NCBI GenBank assembly: GCA_004431415.1
Contig: QPMI01000270.1
Span: forward strand, 26,441 to 90,440
Direction: 5' to 3'
From: Cyanophora paradoxa CCMP329
Taxonomy: Eukaryota; Plantae; Glaucophyta
Length of the DNA stretch: 64,000 nucleotides
The notes below the pieces were generated by a model, which worked only from the letters and a program-made list of their open reading frames with translations, had not been told where the DNA came from and searched no databases. Below, piece after piece: positions 1 to 8,554 of the stretch (position 1 is the stretch's first letter; each line of letters opens with the position of its first letter). Position numbers and translations under genes: made by a program.

Positions 1-1688
1 AGTACGTCCTGCAGCTCATCAGCCAGATCTACGAGGAGAAGATCGTGGCGGACGGGGCGGACGACCGGGAGCGGGTGCCGCGGCAGGCCCTCGCCGAGTT
101 CGTGTACGACTTCCACCTCAGCCAGTTCGGCCTGCAGGCCGTGGCGGAGATGTACGCGCTGGACCTGCTCGCCTCGCTGCACGCGCTGCACGTGGGGAGC
201 GAGCGGGCGCACACCTTCGCGCGCTTCCTCGGCCTCTTCGACCCCCTGCCCCTCGACGCCCTCAACTTCTACCTGCGCGCCCCCGCCCCCGCCGCCCCGC
301 CCCCTGCCTCCCCCTGACCCTCGTTGCCGCGCGGCGGGCGCAGGTACGCACTGGCGACGGTGCAGACGTGCGCGGGGGGGCCCATCCTGGCGTCGGAGGA
401 CGACGTGGCCTTCTCGCTGCCGCTCAACCGGGCGCTCACGGCGACGCACGCGCTCTTCTCGGGGTGCGGGGCGCGGCGCGCGCGCGCCGGCCCGCGCCGA
501 GGGGCCGCAGGTACGTGGAGGAGGCCGTCCTCGAGGCCCTCGTCGCCGCCGTCACCGCCGCCGCCCACGCCGGGTCCCCGCCCCGCCCCGCCCCGCCCCC
601 GGGGGGGCCGGCTGAGGCGGCGCGGGGGGGGCAGGCGGGTGGACCAGGACCGGTACCTGTCGCTGGTGCTGGAGGAGTGGCGGCGCGGGGCGGCGGCGTC
701 GGACGCGAAGATCGTGGCGCTCTTCCGGGCGGCGGACACGAACCGGGACGGGAAGCTCTCGTACGACGAGTTCAAGGCCGTGCTCCTCAACGCCGACGCC
801 GCCCTCGCCGAGCGCGAGGTCCTGCGCATGTACCGCGAGGCCCTGCACCGCTCCAAGCAGCAGGGCGCCGGCATCGCCGAGCGCGCCTTCCTCGCCGTCG
901 CCCGCCAGCACGGGCTGGCCCAGTGGCGGCCCCACCACCCCGTCCTCGGGGACCAGCGGGCGACCGTGGACCGCCCCATCGCGCCGGGCGCCTCGACGGC
1001 GGTGCAGAGCCTGGAGACGCTGGAGACGACCTGGGCGGCGACGGAGGACTGGCTCGCCGCCGGCATGACCACCATCCAGAAGCGCACGCCCGAGGCCTAC
1101 GCCGACCTCACCAAGCGCTACCAGCACGTCAAGCAGCTCCTCTCCGACAAGGCGCCCCCGCCCCCGCCCCCGGCCCCGCCTTCCTCACGCCCCGCCCCCG
1201 CAGCGCGACGCCTCCTCCGCATGGCACGCCTGTGCGCCGCCCCCGTGCCGCCCGCCCCCGCTGCCCGCCCCGTCCCTCACCGCGCGCCGCGCAGACCGGC
1301 TGCTGGTCTCGGAGGTGCACCGGCTGGTGCCCCCCGAGGCGGCGACGGAGGGCGGGCTGCGCGTTCCGGCCCCCACGAGCCGGGCGCTGACGACGCGGCG
1401 GCGGCGGGAGGCGGAGCGGGAGGCGGAGACGAGCGGGGAGGAGGGGGCGCTGGACGAGAAGAGCCTGGAGGCGGAGCTCGCGCGCTACGAGGCCCGCCGC
1501 CAGCAGACCCAGGCCCGCCTCCTCGCCAACACCCAGGGCCCGCCCCACCCCCGAGCCCCCCGGACCCGGCGCCCCGCCTCACGCCCCGCCCAGAGTCCTC
1601 CCCGGCCGGCGCACGGGGCGAGGCTGCGGGGGAGGCGGGCGGGGGCGCGAGGGGCGCGGAGGGCAGCGGGGCCGAGGCGGCCTCGTAA
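1..1688 (+). CDS. EF-hand Ca2+-binding protein, 5'-truncated by window edge, multi-exon
   Basis: Canonical EF loop DTNRDGKLSYDEF. Exons join in frame across short introns, e.g. GC-AG intron 275-343 gives ...LNFYL|YALATVQ. Probable stop TAA at 1686-1688. Confidence 0.7.
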
Positions 1689-1861
1689 AGGCGCTCGTTC
1701 GCGATCGGGTCGTTTGCTGCATCTAAAAAGGGACGGTCGAGACTAGTCTGCCTATCTGCTCTAACTGTAGACGGCACGGCGCTCGCGGGTCTAGCGCGGG
1801 TCTGCCCCGGGGAGGGTGGGGCAGGGGAGGGGGTGCCGGGCCAATCAGGGAAGGGCCGGGC

Positions 1862-3052
1862 CTAGAGCTGGTTCTCGGTGAGCCAACGCGTGAGCCCTGG
1901 AATAGGTGGAGGAGTGAGGCGCGCGGGGCTGGGCGGGGCGCGGGGCGGGGCGGGCACCGGCAGGGGGTACGGTGGTGAGGAGCTTGTCGATGAGGTCCTT
2001 GGGGTCGGCGGAGGAGACGAGAAGGGCGGCGGAGGATGCTGAGCAGCACCGGAAGGGCGCCGGGGGGCTGGGTGAGCTGGCGGCTGGGCGGGAGCGGGGC
2101 GGGCCGGGCACCGGAGATGAAGCCCTCGTCCCGCGAGTGCGCGATCTGCGCCAGCAGGTGGTCGTAGTACCCCCCCACGTTCAGCACCCCGATCGGCTTG
2201 CTATGCACCCCCAGCTGCGTCTGCGCCCCCCGGCCCCCGCCATTAGCGCCGCCGGCCCGCGGGCGCCAGCGGCGCGAGGCGGGGGCGGACCCACCCAGGT
2301 TACGGACTCCAGTAACTCCTCGAGCGTGCCGTATCCGCCGGGCAATGCTATAAAGGCATCTGACCTGCGAGACCGACGAGGCGACGAGCTCGAAGTTAGC
2401 GAACCATCCACGTCAATTTAACACAATCCTTTGCAAATCCCGCACATTGCGGCCATCTTCGCCTTGCGCGTGTGCATGCTGTCCACCTTCACAGTCTCCC
2501 CGATCGACTGCGCGCGTGCGCCGCGCGTCACGTCGCCCCACCACGGGGCTGCCGGGCGGGGCCGCGTGGGCGACGCACCTCGCCCGAGAGCTCCCGCGGC
2601 ATAAGCGCGACGGGGATGATGCCTGCGCAAAGCAGCTCAGCGCTTATCGCCCCCGTAGGTAGCACAGACCCAGCTAGCTCCTGCGTTGTCCGCAGCTAGC
2701 ATGCTTGTGTTATCAATACGCTCAGCGCGCACCTGTAACGCGGCCACCAGCTGCCACGTGCATTTGTGGTCAGCTGCAGACTCGAGCGCGAGCTCGAGAG
2801 CCGCACCGTCGTTCACCGTCCTAGCAACTGCTCCCATCAACCCAACGCTCCCGCCGCCATACACAAGGCCGATTCTTCTCCGCGCGAGTTCCTCTCCAAG
2901 CGCGATAGCGGCCTGCTTGTACGCCGGTTTTCCTCCTTCTGAAGCGCCGCAGAACACGCATATGTTGTTCTGTCCAGCGTTAGCTCCCGCGCGCGCGCGT
3001 TGTTTCGGAGCGCTGGATTATCCCCGCACGCACGAAATTCATTCGCCGCCGA
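1862..3052 (-). CDS. LOG: LONELY GUY (LOG) family nucleotide phosphoribohydrolase (cytokinin riboside 5'-monophosphate phosphoribohydrolase-like)
   Basis: Spliced product MNF|[10 protein letters not shown]...[15 protein letters not shown]...[12 protein letters not shown]...[19 protein letters not shown] (PGGxGTxxE motif)...[13 protein letters not shown]...WLTENQL*. Confidence 0.92.
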
Positions 3053-3149
3053 TTTCGCGCCGAGACCGGCCTCGCTCTTCGCCGCTCGCCCGCTCGCCGA
3101 TCTCTGTACCCGAATCCAGAGGGGGGACCAGGGGAGACTTCGTTCAACG

Positions 3150-4322
3150 ATGCCGGGGTGGGACGCCGGACTCCTTGCGTCGGGGATACTGAACGGCCTC
3201 GCGGTGTGCACGCAGCGTTGCACTTGAGGTTGGGCGTTTCGGGGAGAACTCACCACGCCGTCGCTCTCCGCGCCTCTCCCCGCGCCTGACTGACTCAGTG
3301 ACGCGTTTTGGCGCCGGCTGCAGGGAGCTAACTACTGGTGGATTGAAGGTGCGTACGCGCGTAGTGCAGAGGACGTCGCGCCTCGCGGGGCATCTTGAGA
3401 CCCTGCCGCCACTGACGCCGGGTGTCTCGCCAGGTCCGGAGTATGCAGCACTAGGGACCAAGGCCGGCGTGCGGCTCGCTTGCCGCTTCCTCGGTCTCGG
3501 GGGCTTGATCAGCAGCATGGGGTGCGCATCATCAGCTATAGGCGTTGATCAGCTATAGAGATCTCTGCAGCTGCGGGCCCCGCGCGAGGGTCGACTGACG
3601 CGTACGGCGCTGGGCGGGGCAGGGCGCTGGAGGTGTACGCGGCGCGGCCGAAGGCGTCCCGCGACCTCCGCGTCGGTGCCGCCTCCATGGTCCGCCGGCG
3701 CCCGGCCCGGAGCCCCAGCTGCACCCGCGGCCGGCACTGCGCCAGCAGGGCCCGGGGCCAGACCCAAAGCCTGACGCTGGCATCGTTCCTGCGCCTCGCG
3801 CAGGTCCTCTTCGGCGACGGTGCGGCTGGCCAGCGGCGCGCGGCCCGCCGCCGTCCCTGCGCCGGCGCTGAGCCCCTGCGCGCGCTCTCGCAGTCTTCTT
3901 CATCGCCCGCGTGCTTTGGGCGGTGCATACGCGCGAGCCCTCCTCGCCCTTCAGGATCTAGCTGGCGCCCCGCCGCCGCGCTGATTCCTGCCCCGCTTGT
4001 CGGCCCGAGCAGGTCTACTGGCGCGGTGCGGCCCGGCCCCTCGACCTCTAAACCCCCCCCCTTCCCCCTCCCCCCCTTCCCCTCCCCCCCTCCCCCCCCC
4101 CCCTCCCCCAATCAACCAACCCCCCACCGCCCCATCCCGTCCCCGGGGGCTCCACCCCTCGCACGGGGCTCACGGGGGCGGGTTGGGGCCGGGAGCGCAG
4201 GGTACGAGGGGGCGCAGGAGGGGGACGCGGCCTACGGCTGGCTGGGCGCGGCTATCTGCGTCGCGGAGGCCCTCGCCGTCCTCCCCGCCCTCCTCCGCCG
4301 CCCCAAGCGCAAGGGCAACTGA
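3150..4322 (+). CDS. Small multi-pass membrane protein with C-terminal KxKxx (putative ER-retrieval signal)
   Basis: Splicing gives MPGWDAGLLASGILNGLA|GANYWWIE|GPEYAALG...RFLGLGGLISSMG|ALEVYAAR...YGWLGAAICVAEALAVLPALLRRPKRKGN*, with several hydrophobic segments. No family recognised. Confidence 0.5.
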
Positions 4323-5638
4323 GCGGTCGCCCCGGCGCGCGCGCCCCAACCCAGGCCTTCATGTGCCAGCCCCCCGGACCTCAACGTGTCCCCCCTTGGC
4401 GCTTCAAATTCCGCCCTCTGATTCGAATCCGGATCCTCCTGGCCATGGCATGGACAAGATGATCATTGGACTTTACATTTCAGGGGCACGCTCGCGACAG
4501 AGATCTGGACGTAAGCTTGCCAACGTTACCGTCTCCTTCCCTTCCCCCCGTCGCCGCATGCAGCTGGGGCGGGGCGCGTGCCAGCATGTCCGTATTGTAA
4601 TTGCAGTTGGCCCCGGGAATGTAAACACGCAGTGGTCTTCTCGCAAACAGCAACGGTCGGCCCGGCCCGGCACACGCGTACCGTAGTACGCCTAACTTAA
4701 TTAGCTATAGTATACGTAGTAGATGCCATATCATAGTATACATGATCATGATATCGATGTCACAGTGTCTCGGGCCGGCCCGGCGGGCCCCAGGCCGGGA
4801 GGGCCAGGCCCCGCCAGGCCCCCGGGCCCTGCTGGGGCGGGCAAGGCCGGGCCCCCCTGCATTCAAGACTTCAAAGGCTTCCGCCCCCCGAGCCTCGGAC
4901 TCCGGGAGCCTCGGACCGGAGTTGGAACAAGCTCCAAGGGCTTGATTCAGTGACTCGCCGGGTCAACGTCACGATCATGAGTTGAGATCGCGATCGGTGA
5001 TCACTGTATATGTGATACTAGCTATAGGCTAGGCTTGCGAGAGGCCGCAATTGCAACTTGGCAAAGCTTGCAATTGAACTTCGGAAGGTTGGAGGCTTTG
5101 CCGCACCCCGGGCCCGGTGACCGCGGCGCCGGCAGTGCCACGGTTCAGTTGCAATATTTTTAACGTATGGCTGCCACGGCAGCCTTGCTTACAGCAAGCT
5201 AAGCACAACATGTCTTGTCATGAAGTGAAGGTCTAGATTCGCGCTTGCCAAAGCCGCGAAGCTAAGATCATGACTCGCTCGCTCACAAGAAAGGGCAAGC
5301 TGCAACTGCGCTCGAGGACATCAGCTAGCGCACGCTGCAGAGTGAGTCTTGCGGACATAGAATGATTGAACATTAGTGATCAATTGTTGATCAATTATTC
5401 ATCAAAAGATATCAATGGTTGGCACTAACAATGGCTTAAAGATGACTGAAGGAAGGCATAGTAAACAATGGGCATTGCTAACACACATTGAAAGCGGCTA
5501 AGCAAAGCCGCTCGAGCGGCTAGGGAACAAGCCGCTCAGCAAGTTACACAGCTTGCCCTCGCTTGTGAGCGAGGGAGACAAGCGCCGACAGCACAGCAAA
5601 GGCGCACAACTGCGAAGCAAGACTCTAAGACTAGACAA

Positions 5639-6640
5639 TCAACTACTGCGCCGAGTACGCGCGACTTGCTGCCGACATGACTGCAGCGAAGCTGACGGGC
5701 CAGCGTAACGAGCACCAGGCCTAGCCATGAGCGCAGCCAAGGGCGGGCGCTCAGCAGAATCGATATAGCGTCGGTAGACCGCTGACAACAAAGACCAGCG
5801 ACCAACCGCTTGAACAAGCTCTTCAGGCACGCCCGCCGCAGCCAGAGCAGTAGCTCCACCGCGACGCAAGCCATGAGGTGTGATACCAGTGGCGTCCAAG
5901 CCCGCCGCGTCAAATGCGAACCGGAGAACATAGGCCACGGTCTGAGCTGACAGAGAACGAGCTGCGTCCCGAAGCTGCCCAAAAAGAGGTGCGCCCGGAT
6001 CCGCGAGCGCTACAGTCCGCAAGTAGGTTCGAAACCAGAACACCGGACAGATGACCGACTCTGGGACAGCGCCCAAGACAACTTGCGCGCCTTGGCGACG
6101 ACGATCGGTCTTGGAACCGGCAATGAAGAGCACGACGCGATCCGCGCGGATGGACACATCTTGCCGCCGGAGTGCCACGATTTCGCCACGCCGCAACAGG
6201 CCAAAGAAACCGGTAAGCAACATCACAAGGGCGCGAAGGAGCTTGTTTGAGGGGGAACGAGCGTAGGTACGAGCAATCGCCTCCAGGTGGACGGACGTGA
6301 CCAATGCAGATTGCTTTGCTGGTTTTCCACAAAGTCGGGCGATTCCTTGCAATGTTTGCAGCACAAGGGGGTGAGCAAATGCAGTAGTAGGCAACATCCT
6401 CTGCCTTGTCTGATGTAGCAGAGCAGAGTGACACTGGTCAATTGCTGAGAGACCGTACTCTTCATCAGCAAGAGCCACCAGCAGTGTTGCGACGCCAGAA
6501 GCTGTTGGTGGCCAGGCTGGAATGCAGTGAACCGCGCAATGGCCTTCATAGAGGACGACCCAGCGGGCGTAGAGGCTTTGGGTTCGCTCGCTCACAGAGT
6601 TTGTTCTGTAGAAAGTGACCCGGTTGAGCAGATCAGCCAT
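5639..6640 (-). CDS. Tyrosine recombinase (DIRS/Cre-like)
   Basis: Intact 333-aa ORF with catalytic motifs GFFGLLRRGE (R), SKTD (K), HGLRRGGAT (HxxR), GRW (W) and YRRYI (Y). Confidence 0.92.
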   Translation of the reverse strand: MADLLNRVTFYRTNSVSERTQSLYARWVVLYEGHCAVHCIPAWPPTASGVATLLVALADEEYGLSAIDQCHSALLHQTRQRMLPTTAFAHPLVLQTLQGIARLCGKPAKQSALVTSVHLEAIARTYARSPSNKLLRALVMLLTGFFGLLRRGEIVALRRQDVSIRADRVVLFIAGSKTDRRRQGAQVVLGAVPESVICPVFWFRTYLRTVALADPGAPLFGQLRDAARSLSAQTVAYVLRFAFDAAGLDATGITPHGLRRGGATALAAAGVPEELVQAVGRWSLLSAVYRRYIDSAERPPLAALMARPGARYAGPSASLQSCRQQVARTRRSS

Positions 6641-6796
6641 ACGAGCACCTGCATCACCAGAGTCAAGGGTATGTCAGACTACATTTCTTCTTCTTCTTTT
6701 TAAAGCCCCCCACTCAAGCTTTCTATCCCTGTTGCTGGACAAAGTAAGCTGAGCAGAGATGAGCAGGAGTTGAATTCTGCAGCAAGAGCCTGCAAT

Positions 6797-8039
6797 CTAC
6801 TCCCACGACACATAAAGAGCAACAAGAATCCAGGAAGGTAACTGTGCCGAGCGAGGCCCGCGATAGCACACGTCATATGCTGGGCCGAGCACCATTGCAG
6901 GTGCACGCAAGGCAAGCTGCAACTGTGGCCACCATGGAGCTGAGGGCCACTGAGGGACAATAAAAACTGCCGAGGCTGGCGCGGCTCGTTCGGGCAATCC
7001 TTCACGACATGCCCGGGCTTGTTGCAGCGGAAACACATCCCGCTGTTGCGCTGCGACGGCGGGCGATCGCGGCCCTGGTGCTGGGGCCGCGGGTTGGCGT
7101 GCTGCACATACGGGCGCCCGCCGGCGGCCTCCGGGCCAGCAATGTTGAGCGCGTGCGCCAGCGCCGCAGCCGTGCCCCGATACTCCTCTGGCACACCTGC
7201 CAGCCGCTCGGCAAGCTTGTCGCCGCCCTTGTCGCGAATGTCGATCCGCTTCCGGAGCTCGTCGAGGATTTTGAGGCTCTGCTTTACGTGATCGTAGCAC
7301 GCAGTGCACGAAGAGCATCTCTTGAGCTGAAACTTAAGCTGCGATAGCTGCAGGGCAAGCTCACGAAGCCACGGGTTTTTGAGCTGCATAGCCTCATGGT
7401 TGTCTTTCTGCTGCTCGCCGAGCTGCTGCTGCTGCTGCTCTTGAAGCTTGATGACCGCGCTATCTATCCACGCTGAAGTAGCTCAGCCCACGCTGGCGGA
7501 AGCGCACCCGCTGCCGGTTTGGTCGACGTTGGGGCAGTCGAGTTGCCAGCGGGTACAGCATAAGGGCCTTGAAGGTGACGGGTGAAGCCGGTTGACGGGC
7601 CAGCCGCGCCCGGATCCACTTGCGCCAAGTTCGGAAAGTTGCGCGCAGCCACTTGCTCTTCCTCGTCGTAGGCGCCACCGAACTGCTCACGCTGTGCCAG
7701 TCTAACGGCAACGTCGTCCTCAGGTTCATCTTCTGGGTCGGACTGCTGCTGGTCCGGATCCGGCGACACGGCTTTCTCCTTGCCTTTGCGAGATCGCGTC
7801 GGCGGAGGTGCAGGCTGCTCCTCCTCCGCACTGTCGTTGGCCGGAGCTTGAAGACGAGATGACGACCTCCGGGCCTGGGGCGCGGGGGTCGTCGCCGTCT
7901 TGGGTTTGGCCGACTTGCGCGCACCAGTGGCCGTTGACTTGCGTTTCTGCGCCGCCTCGGCACAGGCGACGAGCAGAATGATGGTCAAGACGACTACGAA
8001 CAGAGGGGCCCACGATGGGCTCCTCCGCGAGCGAGCCAT
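6797..8039 (-). pseudogene. gag-like ORF with CCHC zinc knuckle, 1-nt frameshift near 7472, followed by a remnant of the DIRS pol C-terminal methyltransferase-like domain
   Basis: CFRCNKPGHVVKDC (CX2CX4HX4C). ORFs 7464-8039 and 6700-7389 join with one added base (...ELLQ/AWIDSAVIKLQEQQQ...). Another frame just downstream of the knuckle reads AVFIVPQWPSAPWWPQL, typical of the DIRS MT-domain end. Confidence 0.7.
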
Positions 8040-8090
8040 GACCTCAGCTTAGAGGCCTTGGCTGCGAAGCAAGACTGAGGCTTGTACCCC

Positions 8091-8123
8091 AGGGGCGCAC
8101 TTATAACTTGTAAGTGCGCCCCT
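8091..8123. repeat. Perfect 13-bp inverted repeat (hairpin) at the 5' end of the DIRS-like element
   Basis: AGGGGCGCACTTA-taacttg-TAAGTGCGCCCCT. Confidence 0.85.
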
Positions 8124-8554
8124 TGTACATATGTGCGTAAGCAAGGCTGCCTTTATTTGGCAGCCATACACTGCCCTATGCTACGCTGACGCTCACATAG
8201 GTTCGATTTAGTAATCGATATATCGCACGCCGTGACGCATATGCCAGAACTCATGTGTTGCCTCACGGCTTTCGGCCGTCCGACGGTCAGGAGCCGGCAC
8301 TGCTATAGCTAGCCTCTGCAGCGTTTGCGCAGAGTGCCCTTACTAGACTCTGAGACCCCCACTACCTTTCATGTACCTCGGGTTCTTCCCCCGGGCGAGA
8401 CACTTGTACCCGGGCACTTGCTCTTGCGCCCAGAATACTAGCTCTGCTTGCCCGCACCGCCAGCATGCCGGAGCTGCACAGCACGCACGAGCACGTTCAG
8501 CTGCACCGGAAACCTAGCTCGTCTGACATGATCAGTGATTCCGCTGCACTGCTC

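Larger units (their letters stand above)
5165..8169 (-). mobile_element. DIRS-like tyrosine-recombinase retroelement, internally deleted (gag + methyltransferase-domain tail + YR; no RT/RNase H)
   Basis: Intron-free, lower-GC block with a gag zinc knuckle and a YR. Bounded by inverted repeats: 5165-5192 GTATGGCTGCCA-c-GGCAGCCTTGCTTAC versus the reverse complement of 8137-8169 GTATGGCTGCCA-aataaa-GGCAGCCTTGCTTAC. Exact termini uncertain. Confidence 0.8.

Noticed and set aside
5639-6640. Prophage or integron integrase, or bacterial contamination
   Set aside because: The YR is adjacent to a CCHC gag and a DIRS MT-like remnant, and is flanked by intron-rich eukaryotic genes.
6683-6710. Purine-rich tract (minus strand AAAAAGAAGAAGAAGAAA) as an LTR-type polypurine tract
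   Set aside because: No LTRs or DDE integrase are present, and the tract lies internally just upstream of the YR ORF. Its function is unsupported.
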